DNA from: Fibrobacteria bacterium
GTDB lineage: Bacteria; Fibrobacterota; Fibrobacteria; UBA11236
Direction of reading: 5' to 3'
DNA: 36,547 nt
NCBI GenBank assembly: GCA_043750055.1
Contig: JAYVCH010000170.1
Coordinates: forward strand, 1 to 36,547
A program made the position numbers and the translations under genes. Every line of letters begins with the position of its first letter. Position 1 is the stretch's first letter. A model generated the notes under the pieces. That model ran no database searches. It was not told the origin of the DNA and was given only the letters and a program-made list of their open reading frames with translations. Below, piece after piece: positions 1 through 9,215 of the stretch.

Positions 1-75
1 TTTAACTAATGCTAACGGTCCCGAATCCGGCTTCTGTTACTTGTCTTTAGCTGTACTTCATTTTTAGGAGATTGC

Positions 76-1767
76 ATGATTCCCATCCTCACCCTGGCTG
101 AGATGAAGGACGTTGAACGTCGGACCATGAGCGAATATGGCCTAAGTGAATATGACATGATAATGAGCGCTGGCGAGGCTGTATTTGAAACCATCAAGGC
201 AATGATGGAAACCGATGCACAGGACGAGGACTTACATATTCCGACTTTGGAGGAAGACGAAGTCGGCCCATCGGATGATCCCACGCCTAGACGAACCGGT
301 CCCGGTCATGAGAGTATTGCCTTTGTATGCGGACCAGGCCACAATGGCGCCGATGGACTGGCTGCCGCCTTGCTTGCTTCCCAAGCTGGTTTTGCAGTCG
401 TAGTTTACCAGACTCCATCCGACCATGGATTTACCCCTGAAACAGAAAAACTGCATATGCAGTTGGCGGAAGCGGATCTGAACATCAATTTTATTCGATC
501 GCCTCTAGACCTTCCTGTATTCCAAGACATTACCATTATAGTCGACGCCTTACTCGGCAGCGGCATAACCCGAAATCCAGAAGGCTTGATCCAATCGTGT
601 ATTTTTGGAATGAATCAAAGTGGAGTGCCTATCGTCTCCATCGATGTGCCATCGGGAATACGTTGCGACTCCGCCGAGTCCACCAATGGTGTCGTACAAG
701 CATCAGCCACGGTTTGTTTGGGATCCATGAAAATTTCTTCGGCATTTTATCCCGCCTCCTTGGCTTATGGCAAAGTCGGATACAGCCCCATTTGCTTTGA
801 TGAAAAGTTGCTTCTGGGCCAACCAACTCGATTGCGGCTTTATACCATGGATGACGCAATCGCCGATTATCCAGAACGCGATTACACTGCAAATAAATAC
901 AATACCGGAAAAGTGCTGGTGATATCGGGTTCACGAGGCATGCATGGTGCCGCCGCTTTATGTTCAAATGCGGCCTTAAGAGCCGGTGCCGGTATCGTTA
1001 AACTCGCCTATCCTGCCGGCATCCACAATGAAACCACCGTTCATATTTTAGAAATCATTGGAATGCCCATTGGCGCCAGTCAAGGGGTAGGCCCAAGCGG
1101 ACCCGGGTATTTTAAACCCGAACATATCCTCGAGCTTGAACCTCTTTTGGAATGGGCGGATAGCATTTTGGTGGGACCCGGTCTCGGGAGAAATCCTGAA
1201 ACAGATCAATTTGTTGCAGCTTTGATGGATCGACTGAAAGGAAAACGAGTGATTGTTGACGGCGATGCCTTGGCCTATTTTAAGCCTGACTTCGCCACCA
1301 CCCAAAACGACTTAAGAGGATTCGATAACTTTATCATTACACCCCATGCCGGAGAATACAAACGCATGGGTGGCGAGTATGATTATAACGAACCCCTCGA
1401 TCTCATGAAAGATGCCCGGAAGTTTTCCCATACTCGGAATCTTCATCTTATTCTAAAAGGCGCCACAACTTTGTATGCGTCCACCGACGGCAGAATAGTT
1501 GCTTTACCTGTGGGAAATCCCGGGATGGCCACAGCAGGCTGCGGTGACGTGCTGGCAGGAATTGTAGCTGGACTGGCTTCGGTGAAAGCTTGTGATCAGG
1601 CGTCCACCCTGGGCCCGTATGCTCACGGAAAAGCTGGAGACCTAGCCCGAAAAGACCGTGGGACATTAGGTCTGGTCGCTTCGGACCTACTTCTATACTT
1701 ACCTATGGCATTATTGGAAATTGAAGAAGGTGGAGATGAAGAACCCGGAGAATGGGTCGGGGATTAA
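76..1767 (+). CDS. nnr: Bifunctional NAD(P)H-hydrate epimerase/dehydratase (YjeF/Nnr)
   Basis: 563 aa, AGGAG SD upstream. YjeF_N motifs CGPGHNGADG, VDALLGSG, SIDVPSG; carbohydrate-kinase domain motifs AALRAGAG, GPGLG, VDGDAL, ITPHAGE, LKG, GNPGMATAGCGDVLAG. Confidence 0.95.
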   Translation: MIPILTLAEMKDVERRTMSEYGLSEYDMIMSAGEAVFETIKAMMETDAQDEDLHIPTLEEDEVGPSDDPTPRRTGPGHESIAFVCGPGHNGADGLAAALLASQAGFAVVVYQTPSDHGFTPETEKLHMQLAEADLNINFIRSPLDLPVFQDITIIVDALLGSGITRNPEGLIQSCIFGMNQSGVPIVSIDVPSGIRCDSAESTNGVVQASATVCLGSMKISSAFYPASLAYGKVGYSPICFDEKLLLGQPTRLRLYTMDDAIADYPERDYTANKYNTGKVLVISGSRGMHGAAALCSNAALRAGAGIVKLAYPAGIHNETTVHILEIIGMPIGASQGVGPSGPGYFKPEHILELEPLLEWADSILVGPGLGRNPETDQFVAALMDRLKGKRVIVDGDALAYFKPDFATTQNDLRGFDNFIITPHAGEYKRMGGEYDYNEPLDLMKDARKFSHTRNLHLILKGATTLYASTDGRIVALPVGNPGMATAGCGDVLAGIVAGLASVKACDQASTLGPYAHGKAGDLARKDRGTLGLVASDLLLYLPMALLEIEEGGDEEPGEWVGD

Positions 1768-2531
1768 GAATTAAGTCTGGTCACGATTTGAGAGTGAAGG
1801 ACCCCATTGGATGAAATTCCACTTTGTTCTTGGATAGAATCGGCACCGGAAAAAGACGAAAAACGACCCCCAGCCTCGGGGAGAATGATGGCGAAGGGCG
1901 CCACATCCCAGATTGAAACAATTGGATCCGCCATGACCTCGGCGCGACCTGAGGCGACCAGAAAATGGCCATAGCAGTCTCCCCAACCTCGGTGCAATTT
2001 TGCCTTCGATCTTAAATCTGCCCAAGCCGGCCCATGGCCCAAACGTTCCATCGTGGTGACGCTGCCATCTAAAAGAAGCGCCTCTTCGATTCGAGTGACG
2101 GAAGAGACCTGGCAGGGCTCGCCATCCAAAGCACAACCGCCACCCAAATAAGCCACCATGACATGACCCAAGGCTGGCAATGAAACAACCCCAACAACCG
2201 GCTTGCCTTTTTCGAGCAAGGCCAACAAGGTTCCAAATAAAGGGACTCCATGAATAAAGGCCTTGGTTCCATCAATCGGATCGATAACCCATTCTCGATC
2301 AGCCGTCCCGGACTGCGAGCCAAACTCTTCCCCAATAATTCCATAACTGGGAGTTTGTTTAGCCATTAATGTGCGCAAAGCCTCTTCGGATTTTTTATCC
2401 GCAATGGTAACTGGACTGTTATCCATCTTCGTTTCCACCTGAAGCGATGTCTGAAAATAGGAGAGAATTATTTTTCCCGCCTCCGCCGCGAGGGTCACGG
2501 CGAACTCAGCCTCTTCTTGATAATTTGCCAT
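1764..2531 (-). CDS. hisN: Histidinol-phosphatase HisN-like, inositol monophosphatase family
   Basis: IMPase motifs SPVTIAD, IIGEEFG, WVIDPIDGTKAF, GDCYG, WDVAP, with the HisN-type 'GVPLFGTLLAL' segment. AAGGAG SD upstream. Substrate is inferred from the subfamily. Confidence 0.8.
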   Translation of the reverse strand: MANYQEEAEFAVTLAAEAGKIILSYFQTSLQVETKMDNSPVTIADKKSEEALRTLMAKQTPSYGIIGEEFGSQSGTADREWVIDPIDGTKAFIHGVPLFGTLLALLEKGKPVVGVVSLPALGHVMVAYLGGGCALDGEPCQVSSVTRIEEALLLDGSVTTMERLGHGPAWADLRSKAKLHRGWGDCYGHFLVASGRAEVMADPIVSIWDVAPFAIILPEAGGRFSSFSGADSIQEQSGISSNGVLHSQIVTRLNS

Positions 2532-2583
2532 GACCGCTCCTTTACTTCGAACTCACCAAGGAAAATAATAGCCCAAAAATTGA

Positions 2584-4587
2584 TTAGTCCAAATCAAGTC
2601 GGACCCATTCAAATGGCAGCAGGGATATTTCCAAATCACCACCCGGATTGGAAATCATTTCATAAGGCATTGAACGATAGCCTTCCGGATCCCTCATAGC
2701 CTTCAGTGCATTTTTTTCATTCATTCTTCGCAAGCCAAGGACTCGACCCATAGACTCTAACGTCACTTTGCCCGGTTTTTCTTCCAGGTTGGCGATTAGA
2801 ATGGATCGTTTCATTCCCCTTCGAAGCATCACGCCATCAAAACAGAGTGGCTCATCCGATTCCAAATCATGGACCTCGCCGCCTTTGAACTCAACGAAAT
2901 CAGCAAACACATGGTACAGAGGATAGACCCAAGCACGATCCAGTTGCATGTCCGAATTAGGAATCGTCAAATCTTCAGTTGAAAGTGATGCTCCACTCAA
3001 AACTCCAAGCATCCCGGAGGTTTCATAAAAAGTGGACGAAAGGCCGGATCCGTAATTGTTTAAAGCGAGACGCTTTAGCGTTCCCAACGTCCACCCTGCT
3101 CCCAAGAGGGAGAATTGTCTGGTGTCCACCTGAACCTTCCAAAAGTCATCCGGTACCCTCTCATTCCCTTTTTTTAAGGCTAAGGCGAGATGCGCTCGGG
3201 GTATGGAAATGGAACTGATATTCCATTTTTTCTTCGGGCCAATCAGGGCAGTTGTTTTCAAGATCCATTCTTGCCCTTGTAAAGATTCGACCAAGGTACG
3301 ATTGTCGAAGAGATGAACTTGAGGGGTCATCGCAAAGACTAATTCGGTATCACCACCTAAATCAGGTCGATTCCGATTTAAGAGAACAAAGTCCCCCTTT
3401 GATCCAATCGCAAAAGTAGCCGCGGGATTTAAGGGTTTTAAAATTTGGATCGCTAATTCCAATTCATGGGGGTTAATGGAATCCACCTGCTCGGAAAAGA
3501 CCAGCCACCGTATTGCCTTACCGCCGGTTCTTATCCAGGCTTCTGCAAAAGCCACCAACGCGTCTTCTTTATTTTCCTTCGGGATAAATAACCCGACCTC
3601 TAATGGAATATCAAGGGCCTTGGATTCCGCCACCGCTTTTTCAAGGTCTGCTAGGTAACTTGGATGTGACAGTCTAAAATTTGCACGTAAGTGGGTGGGA
3701 GAAAGATTTTTAATCCTGGCAATATCCCCTTTAGCCAAAGAATGGCCATGCGAGGCACATCCAAATCCCCATAATGGAACAGGCTTACCTGCACTCTTTC
3801 CAAGGCGCAGACCTAGCTTAAGGATTGGATTAGGAATTGGGTTAGCGATTAAATCGGATAATGGGTTCGGAAATAGTCGCTTCAACCCTTCGATTTCCAA
3901 ATGAACGGATTGATCGGTTTTCCATCCCACATCGACCTTGAAAGGTTTGGGTTTATCGGCAGGAGGACAATAGGTTTTGAAGGATCCATCAGACCAATTC
4001 CGTTGGTCCTCCATTTCAAAAGTATCCCCTTTAAAATGAAGCGACGCCCAAAGGTTCGGTTCCAATTCATAGGAAAAGAATTGAAAATCCAGAAAGGGCT
4101 GACGAGGATTAATCGTTTCTGGAAAATGGCCCTCTCGTAAAACGGCATCCTTTCCCTTGAGCCGAACGGGACGTCCTACACATTCATTAAGCGGGTGTAG
4201 GAGACAAATAGCGATACGATTGGCATGAAAGGTCCCCTCGGATTGACCCAATGCCTCAAACCGCAGTCGACCATCGGAATGGCCTTCTATTCTTACCTTC
4301 CAAGAAAAATCATAAGGTCCCTGCTTGTGAACAAGATTGTAAGAAGCAAGAAAAGAATCAGGGCGATTTTCAACGGATTGTTCCGAGAGCTCGCCTGAAA
4401 TAGTTTCCCAAGTAGGCCCGCGCACCGAGGTATAAATTCTCCGAATGACCTCTTTATTTCCAAGGCGAATACGACGGAGCTCCCCATTCTCAAGGAGCAT
4501 GGTGAGAGGGCCCGCCCTCAAGGGTATGGAGAGCGGGAGATGGTTTGGCCCTCCACAGCGGATAGCCGGTATCGATAAAATTGCCAT
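2584..4587 (-). CDS. D-apionate lactonase (ApnL)-like protein
   Basis: 667 aa with segments I recognise from the ApnL family: LRAGPL...GELRRIR, NRIAICLLHP, FEMEDQRNWSDGSFKTY, then PQVHLFD and VYPLYHVF in the C-terminal half. True substrate not established. Confidence 0.7.
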   Translation of the reverse strand: MAILSIPAIRCGGPNHLPLSIPLRAGPLTMLLENGELRRIRLGNKEVIRRIYTSVRGPTWETISGELSEQSVENRPDSFLASYNLVHKQGPYDFSWKVRIEGHSDGRLRFEALGQSEGTFHANRIAICLLHPLNECVGRPVRLKGKDAVLREGHFPETINPRQPFLDFQFFSYELEPNLWASLHFKGDTFEMEDQRNWSDGSFKTYCPPADKPKPFKVDVGWKTDQSVHLEIEGLKRLFPNPLSDLIANPIPNPILKLGLRLGKSAGKPVPLWGFGCASHGHSLAKGDIARIKNLSPTHLRANFRLSHPSYLADLEKAVAESKALDIPLEVGLFIPKENKEDALVAFAEAWIRTGGKAIRWLVFSEQVDSINPHELELAIQILKPLNPAATFAIGSKGDFVLLNRNRPDLGGDTELVFAMTPQVHLFDNRTLVESLQGQEWILKTTALIGPKKKWNISSISIPRAHLALALKKGNERVPDDFWKVQVDTRQFSLLGAGWTLGTLKRLALNNYGSGLSSTFYETSGMLGVLSGASLSTEDLTIPNSDMQLDRAWVYPLYHVFADFVEFKGGEVHDLESDEPLCFDGVMLRRGMKRSILIANLEEKPGKVTLESMGRVLGLRRMNEKNALKAMRDPEGYRSMPYEMISNPGGDLEISLLPFEWVRLDLD

Positions 4588-4592
4588 AGGCC

Positions 4593-4630
4593 AAAAATAA
4601 AAAGAAAGGGCCGGCTTTGGGCCGGCCCTT
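4593..4630 (-). terminator. Intrinsic terminator after the MFS gene
   Basis: Minus strand reads AAGGGCCGGC-CCAAA-GCCGGCCCTT followed by TCTTTTTATTTTT: a perfect 10-bp GC-rich stem plus U tract. Confidence 0.85.
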
Positions 4631-4650
4631 CAGGTTGAGGCTATATAAGC

Positions 4651-6003
4651 CTATTCCGGAAGGGGCTTGCCCTTGGTTTCTGGAGCGAACCAGATGAGGA
4701 TAAGGCCCACAACATAGACCAAACTGATGACGGAGCACATTTTGGCATAGTCTTCGTGAAAAGAATTCAATAATTGGCCGCTAACCAGGGTTCCGCCTGC
4801 GGCCAAGAGCCGACCGGAATTAAAAGCAAATCCAGAACCTGTTGCGCGGACTCGCGTTGGGAATAGTTCAGGCAAATAAAGCGGAAGCCATCCATAAAAT
4901 CCAGCGGTAATTCCACCTACGAAAAAGGTCCAGAATTTGAAACCGGTGCCATATTCCATGGGGATTCTAAATAAAACGGCACAGGCAATTAAGGATAATG
5001 CCGCTAAACCAAAGTATGCGATTCGTCGATTCAATTTTTCGGCAATGAAGGCGAACCCAAGGCTAAAGACTATGGCTCCCAAAGCAGAACATATTTGCAC
5101 CGTCTCGCGAACACCCGGTGCCTTATTGGTCAACTTACTCGCCCAAGAAGGAATCCATTGTACTGAACCCCAGGTTCCCAGCAGCGCCACCGCACCTAAG
5201 CATGCGCCGATGAGCGTGTATTTAGCTAATCCACCTTGGAAAAGTTCAGCGACACTGACCTTCACTTTTATTTTCTTGTTAGACGCTTCCCACATTTCGG
5301 ATTCTGGCACAAAAATTCGAATAAAGAAGGTCAGCAATGCAGGTGCTGCTCCGAGTAACATCAAGAGCCGCCAGCTTCCATTCTGAAGCAAAGTCGTGAC
5401 CCAAGTATCCGGTAGTATTCCATGCAATATCGTGTTAGCAGACGCGATAAAACTGGTTAATCCTAACGAAAGGAGTGCAATCAGGAGGAACCCGACGTTT
5501 GCGGAAGCGCCAATCAGGCCTGCCATCAAGGGTCGCGACTTATTTGGAAATATTTCCATAACCAAAGCTACGCCCAAAGCCCATTGTCCACCCATGCCTA
5601 GTGCCGCTATGAAACGAAGCCCAGCCAACTGCCACGGTGCTGTCACGAAGGCGCAGAGTCCTGAGAATATGGAGTAAACCAAAACGCTCCAGAACATGGC
5701 ACGAGTTCGACCGATCCGATCCCCAAGCCATCCCAAAACGATTCCACCACAAGCGGCACCAACGAGAAACACAGCGATAATCGCCGACATCCACGTTCCA
5801 ATTCTTTCAGGGCCACCGGGCCCTAACAATTCCAACATCGCAGGGCGAGCAACAAGGGGAAAGAGTCCCATCTCAAGCCCATCAAACATCCAACCCAAGA
5901 TTGCCGCCGTGAGTGCCAACCATTTACCGGAGCCTTGCATGACGCTCATTCCTTGTGACACCATTTTGGATACCCCCGTTCCTTGCATTGTTTCTGTATT
6001 CAT
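4651..6003 (-). CDS. Major facilitator superfamily transporter (organic acid/sugar acid type)
   Basis: 450 aa, about 12 hydrophobic segments. MFS motif A GWLGDRIGR, RFIAALGMGG, PES after TM6, PELFPTRVRATG, C-terminal PETKG. Confidence 0.93.
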   Translation of the reverse strand: MNTETMQGTGVSKMVSQGMSVMQGSGKWLALTAAILGWMFDGLEMGLFPLVARPAMLELLGPGGPERIGTWMSAIIAVFLVGAACGGIVLGWLGDRIGRTRAMFWSVLVYSIFSGLCAFVTAPWQLAGLRFIAALGMGGQWALGVALVMEIFPNKSRPLMAGLIGASANVGFLLIALLSLGLTSFIASANTILHGILPDTWVTTLLQNGSWRLLMLLGAAPALLTFFIRIFVPESEMWEASNKKIKVKVSVAELFQGGLAKYTLIGACLGAVALLGTWGSVQWIPSWASKLTNKAPGVRETVQICSALGAIVFSLGFAFIAEKLNRRIAYFGLAALSLIACAVLFRIPMEYGTGFKFWTFFVGGITAGFYGWLPLYLPELFPTRVRATGSGFAFNSGRLLAAGGTLVSGQLLNSFHEDYAKMCSVISLVYVVGLILIWFAPETKGKPLPE

Positions 6004-6149
6004 TCTCCGCCTTTCTGAATAAGAGAAGCCTTAATCCTTAGCCATCAAAATTTGGTAAAGTGTAAGATAATCCAGAAGCGAGAAAAAATAAACATAAAAT
6101 CATTTCCTCGGTTTCTACCGTGTCTGAATATACTGATAAAGTGTTGAAT

Positions 6150-7412
6150 TTACGGTCCCGGGTGGTAATTATCCGGGTCCGTCAGCCTCGCTCGATTAAT
6201 GGCAGATTCTCCGAATTTGTCTCGGACAGCATCCATAGCCTTGTCCAATTTCGATTTTGATATTCGGTTATCAAACAAAGACAACTGTTGGGTTTCCAGA
6301 GAAAAATTGGAGAGTCGGACACCAATCAGTCTAAACCGCCGAGGAGTTTTGCCACTTTTTTTTGCTTGAGCTGGCTGTGCTTGCAATATAAGGCCTGGAC
6401 TATGTCGAGTAACCGCCTTAAACAATTCTGTGATGGATCCAAAAATTGTTTGGCTTGAGTCAGTGGGTTCAGGGAGAGATTGTGAATGGGACTGTCTGGA
6501 GAAATCCGGATTGCGCCAGACGAAGGTAATTGTTCGACCTTTCAGGGCATCTTTTCTGGCCCGTCGGGCAACGCGTTCCGATAAATTTAAAAGCGCCGCC
6601 GTCAGAATATCCTCATTGGATGTATCCACCTCAAATGTCTGTTCATGAGAAATACTTTTTTCCTGGGATTCGGTAATAACATCTCGATCGTCTTGGCCAC
6701 GAACAAGATGAAACAAATGGGCAGCAAAATTTTCTCCAAAATGTGCCGCTAAATTTTTCAGCGGCTGTTCACGTAGTTGTGCTATGGTGTAGAAGCCTAC
6801 TTGGTGAAGTTGCATCAAGGTTTTTTTTCCAACACCCCAAAGTTTATCCACGGACATTGGATCCAAAAAGTTTTGTACCTCATTGGGGAAAACGACTTTC
6901 ACCCCAAAAGGCTTATTGACATCCGAAGCCAATTTCGCTAGAAACTTGTTTTCGGCAACGCCCACTGAGGCGGTAATGCCCAGTCGATCACGAATAGCCA
7001 ATTTTAATTTGAGACCTGATTCTTCCGCCTCTCCGAAAAGGCGTTCGGATCCGGTCATGTCTAAAAAGGCCTCATCCACGGATAGTTGTTCAAGAATGGG
7101 AGTGTATTCCGAAAGGCAATCCATTAATCTCCGTGAATATTCTCCGTACAGGTAATGCCTACCTGAAAGGAAAATTCCATGGGGACATTTTTTTCGGGCT
7201 TGTGCCACCGGCATCGCGGAATGGACCCCAAAAACACGGGCTTCATACGACGCAGTAGATACAACCCCTCGATTGGAATCCACCCCACCGATGATGACCG
7301 GTTTTCCCCGTAACGAAGGGTTCTCAAATTGTTCCACCGAGGCATAGAATGCATCCATGTCCACATGGAAAATCATTCGGTTCGGAAATGTGCAGGGAGA
7401 CAATCGACGCAT
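6150..7412 (-). CDS. dinB: DNA polymerase IV (Y-family)
   Basis: HVDMDAFYASVE, STASYEAR, SVDEAFLD, KFLAKLASD, LWGVGKK, RLIGVRLS, and a C-terminal beta-clamp motif QLSLF. Confidence 0.96.
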   Translation of the reverse strand: MRRLSPCTFPNRMIFHVDMDAFYASVEQFENPSLRGKPVIIGGVDSNRGVVSTASYEARVFGVHSAMPVAQARKKCPHGIFLSGRHYLYGEYSRRLMDCLSEYTPILEQLSVDEAFLDMTGSERLFGEAEESGLKLKLAIRDRLGITASVGVAENKFLAKLASDVNKPFGVKVVFPNEVQNFLDPMSVDKLWGVGKKTLMQLHQVGFYTIAQLREQPLKNLAAHFGENFAAHLFHLVRGQDDRDVITESQEKSISHEQTFEVDTSNEDILTAALLNLSERVARRARKDALKGRTITFVWRNPDFSRQSHSQSLPEPTDSSQTIFGSITELFKAVTRHSPGLILQAQPAQAKKSGKTPRRFRLIGVRLSNFSLETQQLSLFDNRISKSKLDKAMDAVRDKFGESAINRARLTDPDNYHPGP

Positions 7413-7448
7413 CGCAATTAACTTCGTTCGGGTTTCAAACCTTTGAGT

Positions 7449-9038
7449 CTATTTCCAACGTTTAAACTCTACCCTTCGATTTAACAGGCGTCCCTGGGCC
7501 GTGTTATTATTGCCAACGGGAGTCTCAACGCCCAGCCCAAGTGGCTGGAGTCGCATTGGTGAAATTCCTTGCTTGACCAAGTAAGCAACCACAGCCTCCG
7601 CGCGTTTTGTGGATAGCAGTTTATTAGTCGCATCGCCTCCTGTATTGTCGGTAAAGCCCATAATTTGAAGACTGACATCCGGGAAGTTTTTCATGGATTG
7701 TGCGATGTCATTTAAGTTTTTATTGGAACTGAGGTTGAGTTGATCCGACGCCGTTTTGAAAGTGATGGCTGGAAAAGTCTTCTTTCCAAATCCAAAAATC
7801 TGATTTGGATCCTGGTTAGCACGGTACTGTAAGGTATCGGGAACGGAAATTCGAATGGTATCGTTATGCACAATTTGAACCGTATCCCGTTTCAAAACAA
7901 TAACCGTATCGGGGCTGGTTGGAGGAGCCATCACGTTGATGGGATCGGGGCATCCATCTTCATCCTGATATCCATCATAATCTTCCGCATCATTAGGGCA
8001 TTTATCCGTTGCATTGGGATTCCCATCAAAATCGGGATCCGCATTTTTTCCAATTCCCCCAAAACCAACTGTAAGCGTCGCCCCCACGGTCGGTGTTGGT
8101 TGAGTTCCATAGGTCATGGTTGTACCGTTAGATGCTTGCGACCAGTAAGTGAAATTCTTTTGAGTTGAAAGAGATCCTTCGACCACGAAAGACGCGTACA
8201 ATCCTGACCTGAAGGTGTTCTTAGTCCCGACGGCGATATTTAATAAGTCATGAGCAAAGATTTTAAGGAAGGGCCCGGTCATGAGATTTCGGAGCCGGCT
8301 CTTCCCATAAAAATCTATGAACAAACTCCACTCAGGGGCAACCAACCACTCTGCCGCCAGTCCACCTTGCATTGCCGTATTTTCTTGCGGTATGTTTTTT
8401 TGATCAGTCGAACCAAAAAGTGCATCCATTCCAAAATTGAGATGAAAAAGAACTGGCTTAGGGATTTCAAGCCGGGTCAAATCAAAAGTCCAAGCCAATA
8501 CTGGATTCAGATTGTAACCACCAGAAGTAAATGCTCCGCCATGATTGATATCGATAACATGAACATATTGAGGATCTCGTACATAATATCCACTATTAAA
8601 ATCCCCAGTCGGAAGCGAAACTCGCATGATGTAAGCCAAGCGAATAAGCGCATCCGTTTTCATTCCTGGATGCATCAGCTTTAAACTCGCAGACAAATCC
8701 CCAAGACCTGACGCGTTTTTATCATAGCCCTCAATAGCATCCTGATAAAAAGGAAGGTCAATGGCTAAGTCCATCCAGTTGGTTACGCCAAAGCCCGCAA
8801 AAAGATCTTCCCCATAAAGCAAAGCATTAATTTTTTCTACCGTACCAACAGTGCGATATTTGTGAACGGCTTTATCTCCGTATTCCCCCTTTAAAGAAAC
8901 ACCAAGATTAAAGCTTCCTGCCCCAATACTATAGGCGGTATAAGTTTTATTTACTCCTGAAAGGCCCTCGGTGTTGAGGTTGTTCGCAATAGCTGCGGAC
9001 ACCAACATTCCGGTTACGATAATAGAATTGAATTTCAT
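7449..9038 (-). CDS. OmpA-family outer-membrane protein (N-terminal beta-barrel, TSP3-like Ca-binding repeat, OmpA_C peptidoglycan-binding domain)
   Basis: Signal peptide MKFNSIIVTGMLVSAAIA; alternating beta-strand region; DPDFDG..DKCPNDAEDYDGYQDEDGCPD; OmpA_C motifs GFTDNTG, NKLLSTKRAEAV, NRRVEF. GGGAG SD. Confidence 0.9.
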   Translation of the reverse strand: MKFNSIIVTGMLVSAAIANNLNTEGLSGVNKTYTAYSIGAGSFNLGVSLKGEYGDKAVHKYRTVGTVEKINALLYGEDLFAGFGVTNWMDLAIDLPFYQDAIEGYDKNASGLGDLSASLKLMHPGMKTDALIRLAYIMRVSLPTGDFNSGYYVRDPQYVHVIDINHGGAFTSGGYNLNPVLAWTFDLTRLEIPKPVLFHLNFGMDALFGSTDQKNIPQENTAMQGGLAAEWLVAPEWSLFIDFYGKSRLRNLMTGPFLKIFAHDLLNIAVGTKNTFRSGLYASFVVEGSLSTQKNFTYWSQASNGTTMTYGTQPTPTVGATLTVGFGGIGKNADPDFDGNPNATDKCPNDAEDYDGYQDEDGCPDPINVMAPPTSPDTVIVLKRDTVQIVHNDTIRISVPDTLQYRANQDPNQIFGFGKKTFPAITFKTASDQLNLSSNKNLNDIAQSMKNFPDVSLQIMGFTDNTGGDATNKLLSTKRAEAVVAYLVKQGISPMRLQPLGLGVETPVGNNNTAQGRLLNRRVEFKRWK

Positions 9039-9215
9039 GGTTCTCCCTAATTATTACCTTCCGGCGTCGAGCGGAAAGGTAGGAAAGACTCGAAAAAGTG
9101 AAAGCTGTTATGATTTATACGATTCAATTAGTGTCTTTTTCAAACCTTCGCCTCCCTCGCTTCCAAATTCTTAAATGTAACTGTGCGTTTTTTTAGCAAA
9201 TTGTAACTTTGAAAG

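Noticed and set aside
1764-1767. Convergent genes sharing overlapping stop codons (nnr/hisN; also 9977-9980 for the phosphoesterase and hemW)
   Set aside because: 4-bp TTAA convergent overlaps are common and imply no functional link.
6035-6103. 21-aa hydrophobic ORF (MILCLFFLASGLSYTLPNFDG) upstream of the MFS gene
   Set aside because: GAGG lies only 2 nt from the ATG, and the hydrophobicity is explained by a T-rich intergenic tract.
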